This document shows positions 27,789-35,745 of a stretch of DNA of 64,000 bases, piece by piece. The stretch is taken from the NCBI GenBank assembly GCA_038062675.1, contig JBBTWP010000001.1, forward strand, positions 122,059 through 186,058, given 5' to 3'. Within the stretch, counting starts at the first letter, position 1, and every line of letters begins with the position of its first letter. The DNA comes from Patescibacteria group bacterium. GTDB lineage: Bacteria > Patescibacteriota > Minisyncoccia > Phycocordibacterales > UBA1550. The notes beneath the pieces were generated by a model. The model was not told where the DNA came from, made no database searches, and worked only from the letters and a program-made list of their open reading frames with translations. The translations under genes and the position numbers were made by a program.

Positions 27789-28415
27789 TTACGCAGTTTT
27801 TTTCACGAGAAGCAACTCCCGTGTTGCTTTTTTGTGAGTGTACATATTTTGGTCTGCTTGCTCGAAAAGAGTTTCGTAGGAAAGCAATCCTTCGCTTGTG
27901 GATGCGACTCCAATGGAAGCTCCCGAAAAATACACCATGGAATCTCTGAACTCATCAAACTTTTGAAGGAGGCGTTGCTTAACCAACTCAGCACCTTCTT
28001 TGCTTTCTCCGGGGAGAATGGCAGTGAACTCGTCACCACCAATGCGTGCAACCATGTCGTACTCACGCATAAGCTTCTTGAAAAGTTCTCCAAACTCTAT
28101 AATCATCCGATCTCCTTCGGAATGCCCATGCGTGTCATTGACCTTTTTCAAATCATTGAGATCAATAACAAAGATGGAAAAATGATGTTCGGGATGGTGA
28201 TGATGCTGCGAAAGCTCTTCTTTCACCCGATGCTCAAATTGGCGTCTCATCGGTAATCCTGTCAGAAAGTCCACAGAGGCTTCCCGAAGAAGCTCTCTGA
28301 GCTCCTCGTTTTGCCGTAATGCGATGGCCAACTGTGTTTCCAATGACTTGGACATACCTACCTCCAAAAGTTCAAGTTGTAAGGGGTCAAAATTCGATTG
28401 AATGTTGACTGACAA
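27789..28415 (-). CDS. GGDEF-domain diguanylate cyclase (stand-alone)
   Basis: GGDEF signature at RIGGDEFT. 208 aa, no sensor domain. Confidence 0.75.
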   Translation of the reverse strand: MSVNIQSNFDPLQLELLEVGMSKSLETQLAIALRQNEELRELLREASVDFLTGLPMRRQFEHRVKEELSQHHHHPEHHFSIFVIDLNDLKKVNDTHGHSEGDRMIIEFGELFKKLMREYDMVARIGGDEFTAILPGESKEGAELVKQRLLQKFDEFRDSMVYFSGASIGVASTSEGLLSYETLFEQADQNMYTHKKATRELLLVKKTA

Positions 28416-28515
28416 ACCTACTACTAGTATAGCACCTATCTATCTTTTTGTCAATATACCCAGACAGGCACAAAAACCGTATACTATATGGATTATTGGC
28501 GAATATAATAAAACT

Positions 28516-28971
28516 ATGACCTTACACGAACAAATCAAAAACGAAGTAAAAGACGCGATGCGTGCCAAAGACGCCATTCGCCTATCAGTAGTACGCGGAA
28601 TTCTTGCCGCTGCCACCAATGAGCTCGTTGCCATTGGCAAAATGCCTCAGGATATGCTCGATGACGTAGGCGTGCTCAAGGTCATAAAACGCCTCTCCAA
28701 CCAACGCAAAGATTCAATAAAGCAATTCACCGACGGTGGACGTCCTGAACTTGCCGAAAGCGAACAGGCTGAGCTCGCAATCCTTGATAAGTATCTCCCC
28801 GCCCTTATGCCGTGGGGTGAGATAAAGAAAATTGCAATCGCAAAAAAAGAAGCTCTCGGTATAACCGACAAGGCAAAAGCAGGTCAGCTCACCGGCGCCA
28901 TCATGAAAGACCTCGCGGGCAAGGCAGACGGCGGCGATGTGAAAGCAGTGGTAGACGAGCTTTTTGTGTAA
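28516..28971 (+). CDS. GatB/YqeY domain protein
   Basis: HEQIKNEVKDAMRAKD...VVRGILAA...AELAILDKYLP YqeY pattern. Start set at an internal Met. Confidence 0.7.
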   Translation: MTLHEQIKNEVKDAMRAKDAIRLSVVRGILAAATNELVAIGKMPQDMLDDVGVLKVIKRLSNQRKDSIKQFTDGGRPELAESEQAELAILDKYLPALMPWGEIKKIAIAKKEALGITDKAKAGQLTGAIMKDLAGKADGGDVKAVVDELFV

Positions 28972-28973
28972 GC
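28894..28973. repeat. direct repeat A (native yqeY 3-prime end)
   Basis: 80 bp, about 76/80 identical to 31488..31567. Confidence 0.85.
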
Positions 28974-28974
28974 T

Positions 28975-31458
28975 CTAGTCCCTCCGCAACTTTTCTTTGT
29001 AGAGATCCAGCCCTAGCAAAACCCAAGCCACTTCATAAAAACCTGCGTACTTGAAAGCATCGACCGACGCGATTTTTCTGTCAAAAATCTCACTCCCCAT
29101 AGTTTTGTTTACCAGACTCACGCCCGTCAACATGGCACCATAGCTTGCGAGCGATCCATACGGCACCTCAGATACTCCAGCCTGAGTGTAAACCGCAAAT
29201 ATTTCACCTTTTGCTACCCAGTCCCGTGCAAACACAGTGTTTTTATTCAAATGTGCAAGCCCGCGAGATTCGCCATACCAAAGGTAGTCCATAGCAACTC
29301 GATAGGGCACCCGCAGTGCATCATAAGAGTACCTCGAGCTCTCTGTTCCATTGAGCTTAAAATCCGCGATCAAGTTCCCTTGGGCGTCAAGGCTACACCA
29401 ATCCATCGCCAGCCCAAGAGCACCAGTACACATAGCAAGCACTTTGTACGAAGAGTCGACAAGCGACATCCACGCATGCTCAGTGTCAAAAGTAGCAAAC
29501 GCTCGGTACTGATAGGGAGCAAGGTAGGATGGGTTGACGACAATACCCGGATAGTAGAGCACTGCCCAGTTCCCTGCCCCCACATAACGCGTACCTGCAA
29601 CTTCTTTTGTTTCTACATTCCAAATATCCCGAACAATTTCTTTTGCCTGATTAAGGTATGCCACATCCCCCCATTTTTTGTATGCCAAATAAAGTGCATA
29701 AGCGATATCCTGATCCGCGTCAGTCGCTGGATTTTTGTCGGGAATAGCACCATTTTCCCACACCCAAGAAAAGAGTTTGTCTGTGGGACGAGTTTGCAGT
29801 GTGCTTCGCGTCCAGTTCCAGACGTTGTCAAACGTGCTCCGGTCGTTCGCAAGAATGGCAATGAGCATGCCGTATGACTGGCTTTCGGATGTCGTTCTAT
29901 TGGTACCACTTTCAACTCTTCCATTTGCAAGGAAATATTTTTCTTTGGTGGTTGTTAAAGTTTTCTGAACGACGGCTTCAATGCCTGAGAGATCGAGGCT
30001 CGTAGGAGTGGGTGCGGGTGCCGTCACAGGGGTTGGTGTTGGTGCGGGCGGAGGAGGGAGCGTGGAAAGCGCAAGAGTTGAACGAATCACATCCAGAAAT
30101 TTCTGTGCGATCTTTGCATGTGCTACTTCTGTCGGATGAATGCCGTCGTACAAGTCAGCGGTTGTTAATACTGAATTTACGTCCACAAAACGAACATTTT
30201 GACCGAGCGCAACACGCGCATCCACATTTTGGCGTATGACGGTGTTAAACTGCTGGACCAAGAGCGAGCGGTCAATATTGTTGGGCTTAACAAGAGCAGA
30301 AGACTGGGGCGGAATAGATGCAACAAAAATCCACGCCGTAGGACGCGCTACGCGTAGTTGGTCAATGAGTGCATTGTGACGAGCCCCAATTTGATTTGCG
30401 TTTTCAGCAGTCCACCACGCAATGTCGTTGGTGCCCGCCATAAGAAGAATGATGTTTGGTTGCGTAGATGTAAGCCAAGGGTTTACATCGCGGGCAATGC
30501 CACCAATCGTAAATCCTGAGTGTCCCTCGTGGTCCTTGTCGGCAACGCGCGTCCATTGGTCGGATTGCGTTCCCACGTAACTCACTCCGCAATTATTCTT
30601 TTGAAGCTCTGTGTATAGATTATTGCGATACCCGCCATTCACACCAAGAGTAATTGAGTCCCCTAAAGGTAGTATGTTGGCACAACTTTGCAATTGGGTG
30701 CTTGTGGATGGCGATGTAACTGGTGGCGGGATTGGAGCCACGGGTGGAGGTGTGGCAACAACAGGTGGTGGGGCAACAACTGGTGGTGGAGTTGGAACCA
30801 CGGGTGGTGGTGTGACTTGGGCTGGTATTGAAACAACAACGGGCGGTGGTGTGACTTGGGCTGGTATTGAAACAACAACGGGCGGTGGTGTGACAACAAC
30901 AGGTGGCGGGATTGGAACCACGGGCGGTGGTGTGACAATAACAGGTGATGGAGTTGGTGGCGGAATAACGACCGGAGGGGTCACAGCAGAAGCTACTGGC
31001 GGCAAAGGAGCCCTCGATGGTGTGCTTGGTGCCGGAACATCTTTTCCTCCCCCATTTGTTGTGGTAATACTTACGGTGACCACCTTATTTGAAGCAGGAG
31101 AAATTGCCGGCGAGGATTTTGTTGAAGGAGCAAGCGGAGCCAGCTCTTTCTTTGCTAGCGTAGAGTTGCGAGTGGCAGAGACTGTTCCCTGTGGAGCCAC
31201 AGAGCGAACATCCTTCGCCACCAAAGAAACAGGTGCCGTAACTCCTGTTTCTTTTTTCACAACGGGAAGAGGAGTATTCGCCACTTTGGTGACTACAGAA
31301 GAAGTAGTGTCAGTGAAATCTGAAAATGGAGGTGTACGAGGAGTCGGAGTCGCCTCCAAAGTCAGGACACCAAGAACAATAACAATTCCTGAGGAAATCA
31401 CCAAAAAAAACCGTATCCAATTTTTATAAAGAAACCACACGTGCTTGAATTGTAGCAC
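28975..31458 (-). CDS. secreted bifunctional SGNH esterase + GH8 glycoside hydrolase with Pro-rich linker
   Basis: N-terminal TM/signal. PPPVV repeat linker. SGNH blocks GDSITLG, GTND, DGIHPT. GH8 signature ATDADQDIAYALYLAYKKW and SQSYGMLIAIL. Confidence 0.8.
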   Translation of the reverse strand: MLQFKHVWFLYKNWIRFFLVISSGIVIVLGVLTLEATPTPRTPPFSDFTDTTSSVVTKVANTPLPVVKKETGVTAPVSLVAKDVRSVAPQGTVSATRNSTLAKKELAPLAPSTKSSPAISPASNKVVTVSITTTNGGGKDVPAPSTPSRAPLPPVASAVTPPVVIPPPTPSPVIVTPPPVVPIPPPVVVTPPPVVVSIPAQVTPPPVVVSIPAQVTPPPVVPTPPPVVAPPPVVATPPPVAPIPPPVTSPSTSTQLQSCANILPLGDSITLGVNGGYRNNLYTELQKNNCGVSYVGTQSDQWTRVADKDHEGHSGFTIGGIARDVNPWLTSTQPNIILLMAGTNDIAWWTAENANQIGARHNALIDQLRVARPTAWIFVASIPPQSSALVKPNNIDRSLLVQQFNTVIRQNVDARVALGQNVRFVDVNSVLTTADLYDGIHPTEVAHAKIAQKFLDVIRSTLALSTLPPPPAPTPTPVTAPAPTPTSLDLSGIEAVVQKTLTTTKEKYFLANGRVESGTNRTTSESQSYGMLIAILANDRSTFDNVWNWTRSTLQTRPTDKLFSWVWENGAIPDKNPATDADQDIAYALYLAYKKWGDVAYLNQAKEIVRDIWNVETKEVAGTRYVGAGNWAVLYYPGIVVNPSYLAPYQYRAFATFDTEHAWMSLVDSSYKVLAMCTGALGLAMDWCSLDAQGNLIADFKLNGTESSRYSYDALRVPYRVAMDYLWYGESRGLAHLNKNTVFARDWVAKGEIFAVYTQAGVSEVPYGSLASYGAMLTGVSLVNKTMGSEIFDRKIASVDAFKYAGFYEVAWVLLGLDLYKEKLRRD
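30802..30879. repeat. in-frame 39-bp tandem duplication inside the Pro-rich linker
   Basis: GGGYGGTGGTGTGACTTGGGCTGGTATTGAAACAACAAC x2, encoding VTPPPVVVSIPAQ x2. Confidence 0.8.
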
Positions 31459-31487
31459 AAAGTGCCATCAGTAAACCAACCCACACG

Positions 31488-31567
31488 GGCGCCATCATGG
31501 AAGACCTCGCGGGCAAGGCAGACGGCGGCGATGTGAAAGCAGTGGTAGACGAGCTCTTTGCATAAGC
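31488..31567. repeat. direct repeat B (orphan copy of the yqeY 3-prime end)
   Basis: Would encode ...GAIMEDLAGKADGGDVKAVVDELFA*. It is detached from any 5-prime part of yqeY. Confidence 0.85.
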
Positions 31568-31595
31568 AAGATCAATAAAAGACCGCCATCGCTTT

Positions 31596-31889
31596 TCAGC
31601 TAAATTGCCTTGTGAATTTTTCAGAAAAAGGCTTGCCGAAAGAAAGGAGTACTTGTCGAGAAAAAGGATCAAGCTTGTCGAATCCCAATACGAGATTTTG
31701 AACAACGAACCATTCCTCGCGCCCTGCGGGACTTATTTCACGAAGCGAAAGTATTTTCGACACCATATCAAGTGTGCGAGTTTTGAATTTAAGCGCAGAG
31801 TCAGTATTTCCTTGATCGTAAGCTTTGAACATTCGAGCAATTTCAGGCTCGACATTTGCGGCATAAAAAAGTGTATTTTTTTCAAACAT
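31596..31889 (-). CDS. hypothetical protein
   Basis: 97-aa ORF. Confidence 0.3.
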   Translation of the reverse strand: MFEKNTLFYAANVEPEIARMFKAYDQGNTDSALKFKTRTLDMVSKILSLREISPAGREEWFVVQNLVLGFDKLDPFSRQVLLSFGKPFSEKFTRQFS

Positions 31890-31892
31890 ATA

Positions 31893-32246
31893 TTATTGTT
31901 TAAACTGAATCCAAGCGTGAATGATCTCTGTAGCTTTCTTTGCAACCTCCTGGTCCTCAACCGAGCGACTTTTATTGCCAAGCGATGGCTTAATATTCAC
32001 CAAAGAATCAAATTCCAAAAGAGCATCCTGACCTTCATCAAATCGAATATTGAACCCCCATACGTTCACATGGTTTGACCCATCTTCAACAAGAAGTTCA
32101 CAGGTCTCCATATGATAATCCCCGCCAATCGCAACTTTGTTCTCAAGAATATCCACCGTCCCTTTAATCATGGTTCCATACCACTCTGTGGCAATTGTGC
32201 GCACCTCTTGCATGGAAGTTGGTTTTTTGAGAATATGTATTGCCAT
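31893..32246 (-). CDS. hypothetical protein
   Basis: 117-aa ORF, 3 nt upstream of the previous ORF. Confidence 0.35.
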   Translation of the reverse strand: MAIHILKKPTSMQEVRTIATEWYGTMIKGTVDILENKVAIGGDYHMETCELLVEDGSNHVNVWGFNIRFDEGQDALLEFDSLVNIKPSLGNKSRSVEDQEVAKKATEIIHAWIQFKQ

Positions 32247-32395
32247 AGAACCATGTTAGCACATAGGCAACCATTTAGGCAAAATACCGTATCCGTCCAC
32301 AACATATGAAAGTTCCCAACCCCCCTTGCCAACTCCCTCATTCCCTGCTAGAGTATGGGCTGGCACATTTTACCCAGCAAATAGGAGTTACTTTA

Positions 32396-32676
32396 TGAGT
32401 AGACCGTCAGTGTATTCAAGCAATCGGCACGTTGTTCAAAAAACAAATGACCCATTGCCTGTCCCCGCCCCTATAGTAGGTGTGGAGCTTGCTATGCTTT
32501 TGCTATCGAAAAATACCCCTATCGAAGCGGCTCAAAGAGCAGTTTCTGAGACAGGTTATACTGCCGCAATCAATAGAGCACAAAGGTTGCCTCAATTGTG
32601 CGTAGCGCGTAATCCCAGAGATAAAATCATTGGACGCGGGTGCAACCAAGACACCATCTGTATTCCTTGGAAATAA
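32396..32676 (+). CDS. small Cys-containing protein, paralog A
   Basis: Preceded by CTGCTAGAGT (extended -10-like) at about 32358. Shares ...VSETGY... with B and C. Start set to the ATG after TTACTTT. Confidence 0.4.
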
Positions 32677-32756
32677 AAAGAGTCAATCAATAACCATAAA
32701 TAGAGTACGGACCGGTACATTTCATCCACGAATACATAACCTCGAAGGAGTGGTCT

Positions 32757-33056
32757 ATGGAAAAACAGCCATTGTATTACCCAGTCGCCCCTCTTCAAAG
32801 ACACGACAAGCCTGAGCTACTCAAAGAAAAAGCTCCTTCATTCAAACAAATGACAGGAGAAGAACATGCGAGAGTCCTCCTTCGCGAAGGTTTCAAGGTC
32901 ATGAAGGCGAAGGAGACACTTGAAACCATGGGCTACTTTGTGAGAATTAATAGTATCAATCCGCCCGAGCTCCATGTGTCACTTGCAACACAGAGAACGG
33001 TTACAAATACAAATCTAGAGCCACCCACCAAGTGCGTCCGTTGGGAAATCACATAA
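32757..33056 (+). CDS. small protein, paralog B (PPELxVS...KCVRW family)
   Basis: SD AAGGAG. PPELHVSLA...KCVRWEIT, similar to paralog C. Confidence 0.5.
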   Translation: MEKQPLYYPVAPLQRHDKPELLKEKAPSFKQMTGEEHARVLLREGFKVMKAKETLETMGYFVRINSINPPELHVSLATQRTVTNTNLEPPTKCVRWEIT

Positions 33057-33078
33057 AAAGGAACGGGAGAAACCCCAA

Positions 33079-33107
33079 CCCCCGAGCAGGACTGCTCGGG
33101 GGTTTTC
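33079..33107 (+). terminator. intrinsic terminator
   Basis: CCCCCGAGCAG / CTGCTCGGGGG stem followed by TTTTCT. Confidence 0.6.
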
Positions 33108-33206
33108 TACGCCACAGTTTTAAAAAATACAGGCGATTGACCCATATTACATTCCCTGCTAAAGTACGGGCTGGATATAGTTCACAAGCAAAGGAGGCGT
33201 TTCGCA

Positions 33207-33482
33207 ATGCAAGCACCTAGAGTTGCCCAACCCACACTAGCACCAACCGAGAAAAACGAGTCAGAAGGAGTCGCACTCGCGTATGCACTACTGAAGGGTG
33301 GCGTTGATATCAAAACCGCAAAAAAAGTAGTAGAGGCGTCTGGATATGGAACAGACATAAAGGGAACCCACCCGCCAGAACTGTGGGTGTCGGAGGCGCA
33401 CAGCACAACAATCCACACACAGGGAAGCAACACCCACCTCACTACGCCGATTAAAAAGTGTGTTCGCTGGGACACCGCATAA
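33207..33482 (+). CDS. small protein, paralog C
   Basis: SD AAGGAGG. PPELWVSEA...KKCVRWDTA. Preceded by CTGCTAAAGT at about 33166. Confidence 0.5.
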   Translation: MQAPRVAQPTLAPTEKNESEGVALAYALLKGGVDIKTAKKVVEASGYGTDIKGTHPPELWVSEAHSTTIHTQGSNTHLTTPIKKCVRWDTA

Positions 33483-33505
33483 AAAGCAACAAGCAAACAA
33501 TCACA

Positions 33506-33536
33506 AAGCCCCGGCATCCGCCTGGGCTTTTCTTTT
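33506..33536 (+). terminator. intrinsic terminator
   Basis: AAGCCC...GGGCTT stem followed by TTCTTTTG. Confidence 0.45.
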
Positions 33537-33544
33537 GCATGACA

Positions 33545-33763
33545 CTACCTTTTCTCTCGTATCATCATATACACAAAGAGCGAAACAATAGACACCCCAA
33601 AACAAACAATTCCAAACGTATCTTCACGAGGCCATGGCAAAAGATGCGTCAGTGGAAGCGCGAGCGTTTGCGGATGAAATACCGCATTTTCCGCAATATA
33701 AAACCACCCAGCAAAACTATGCACAAATAACGTAAACGTGGCAGCTCGTAAAAATCTTTTCAT
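33545..33763 (-). CDS. small membrane protein
   Basis: 72 aa with 2 TM helices. ATGA overlap with the upstream kinase-like gene. Confidence 0.35.
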   Translation of the reverse strand: MKRFLRAATFTLFVHSFAGWFYIAENAVFHPQTLALPLTHLLPWPREDTFGIVCFGVSIVSLFVYMMIREKR

Positions 33764-34380
33764 AATATAGTTTCAATTGTATCAGATTTTTTATAAAAAG
33801 CTTTGTCCATTTCATTCACAAAATAATCGCGCAGATTTGCAGGCAGAGAATTTACCACATCAAATGTTGCCCATGGTCGTTTTGCTAAATGATGACGAAT
33901 AGTTTTTGCATCAGTGCACAATTCGCCCAAATCCATTAAGATAATGTTCCCATCCGCATTCATTCCAAAATTGTCGGTAATAAGAAAGTTGCGGTCAATA
34001 AGGGAATGTTCGATGAGAACTTTGTTAAATTCAACAAAACTATCCACAATCCGCTCCCCCTCCTCTCGTCCCCCTTGCTCCAATTTTTTGCGCAATGAAA
34101 CAACAAAATCTTGTTCGTAATCAAGGGTACCTACTACTCGCGGATTGCCCAACATCCAACTTTGAATGGTTGTATGCAAAATTTCCTGCATTGAATAAAC
34201 CGCTTCCATTCTACACCTTTCGTAATATGCAGGAAATTTCCAAAGGGGGTGTTCAAAATAAGGAAAGCAATCACGCAATAGTATAAGATACGCAAGAAAC
34301 CGAGAGTTGTATTTTTTAAACACTCTCCCCTTTCCTATGTCATAAACACTGTACTGCCATCCCCGACCGATTGCTTTCAT
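33760..34380 (-). CDS. protein-kinase-like fold protein (Kdo/LPS-kinase-like)
   Basis: EHSLIDRNFLITDNFG resembles the HxDxxxxN catalytic loop, and ILMDLGEL resembles DFG. Confidence 0.4.
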   Translation of the reverse strand: MKAIGRGWQYSVYDIGKGRVFKKYNSRFLAYLILLRDCFPYFEHPLWKFPAYYERCRMEAVYSMQEILHTTIQSWMLGNPRVVGTLDYEQDFVVSLRKKLEQGGREEGERIVDSFVEFNKVLIEHSLIDRNFLITDNFGMNADGNIILMDLGELCTDAKTIRHHLAKRPWATFDVVNSLPANLRDYFVNEMDKAFYKKSDTIETIL

Positions 34381-34389
34381 ATAAACATC

Positions 34390-35691
34390 CTACTCTTTTG
34401 CCGTACTTGAGGCAATCATGTTTTTAAATACCTCATACGCTGGCTTCTTGCTTCCGTCATACCGTACAAGACCAAAAAAGTTTTCGTTGGTATTTTTTGA
34501 AACACCAAGATCTTTATACGTGTACCAAAAAAGTGGGCCCACCCAATCATATTTCTCATATTGCAGGACTGCATCTTTAAAAATACCAACTTGCAATTCT
34601 TCGCTCACATGGTCGGGGTGTTGACTGTAATTAAAATCATCGAGCGTTGCCATTGCACCCGGTCCCCCCGTTGGCGCCCCTACTTCAGTAATCCATATTT
34701 TTTTTCCAGCATCACCATTTTCTTGCATAATGCTTCGTAAACTTGGATTCGTATCGATCATTTGGGACCATCCGCTCCATGACTCTACTGTCAAAGCAGT
34801 AACAGGAAAAGAATATGGATGATACCCCACCACATCAAAATACGGTCGAGCTCCCTGCTCATAGAGTTGCTTCAAGAAATCTCTGGGGGCGATACTTCCC
34901 CCCTTTGTGTCCGAGGGTCCCATTCCTCCAGTCATTACTATTGCGGAAGAATCTAAGCTTTTTATCGAAACATAACTCTCCTTGAGAAGTTCGGCGTATA
35001 GGGAAACATTTGCCTCGGGCCTCCAAAAAGCTTTTAAGTTTGGTTCGTTCCATATTTCCCACACATGTACGCCTTGCGACGAATATCTTTTTGCAGCTTC
35101 TCGCGCAAAGATACCAAACTGAGTAATATTCGCGGGTGCACATTTGTCGCTATTTACACATTCAGGAAGTCGCGCCCATTTTGGTGTATATCCCAAAATA
35201 GGGAGTGGTCTCAAATTGTGTGCGTCCAATGCTTTAATAACACGATCAACGCGACTCCATTCAAAATGCAAACTATCTTTGGGCTGGACTTCCTCCCATT
35301 GCATATCAAAGCGCACCCATCCGACTCCCAATGTAGTCAATTCGGAGAGTTTCTTATCTAACTCTTTGGCGTTCATCGAGTACAAACCGCCAATGGAAAT
35401 GCCAAAGTTATAATTTAAGATTTTTGCAGTTACCGGAGGCGGAACTATGGGACTGGGAGATGGTTTCGGAATCACCGGAGCAACAACCACAGGCGACACC
35501 TCTTGCTTCGCTGGTAGGACTATAACCACAGAGGGGGTTGGCGCTGGCACCACTGCCGTAACCTCAATTTCTCGATTGTAGTAAACTCTTACCACAACCA
35601 TCACAACCAACGACAAGCTAAGGAGAGAGATCCAAAATCGTTTGCGTTTTCTCGTAAAATAAGGCATAATAAGACATCTTCTCGCTACCAC
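34390..35691 (-). CDS. secreted GH5-like glycoside hydrolase with Pro-rich linker
   Basis: N-terminal TM, then a Pro-rich spacer. VHVWEIWNEPN (acid/base Glu) and IWITEVG (nucleophile Glu). Start uncertain (GTG at 35691 or ATG at 35667). Confidence 0.65.
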   Translation of the reverse strand: MVARRCLIMPYFTRKRKRFWISLLSLSLVVMVVVRVYYNREIEVTAVVPAPTPSVVIVLPAKQEVSPVVVAPVIPKPSPSPIVPPPVTAKILNYNFGISIGGLYSMNAKELDKKLSELTTLGVGWVRFDMQWEEVQPKDSLHFEWSRVDRVIKALDAHNLRPLPILGYTPKWARLPECVNSDKCAPANITQFGIFAREAAKRYSSQGVHVWEIWNEPNLKAFWRPEANVSLYAELLKESYVSIKSLDSSAIVMTGGMGPSDTKGGSIAPRDFLKQLYEQGARPYFDVVGYHPYSFPVTALTVESWSGWSQMIDTNPSLRSIMQENGDAGKKIWITEVGAPTGGPGAMATLDDFNYSQHPDHVSEELQVGIFKDAVLQYEKYDWVGPLFWYTYKDLGVSKNTNENFFGLVRYDGSKKPAYEVFKNMIASSTAKE

Positions 35692-35745
35692 AGTGTAGCT
35701 ATTTTAGTGCCTTTTTACAAGCTCAGATTTCCCGACAACCACCCC

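Noticed and set aside
28402-28515. N-terminal extension of yqeY
   Set aside because: The upstream residues are low-complexity and overlap the divergent GGDEF gene start region. The conserved YqeY sequence begins at the internal Met.
30611-31429. 272-aa Gly/Thr-rich plus-strand ORF
   Set aside because: It is the antisense reading of the Pro-rich (CCN) linker of the SGNH/GH8 gene, a typical mirror-frame artefact.
28975-31567. Integrase, transposase or IS elements associated with the repeat-flanked inserts
   Set aside because: I looked for DDE, tyrosine or serine recombinase signatures in and around both inserts (4197-4840 and 28894-31567) and found none. The inserts are described as repeat-flanked cassettes rather than mobile elements.
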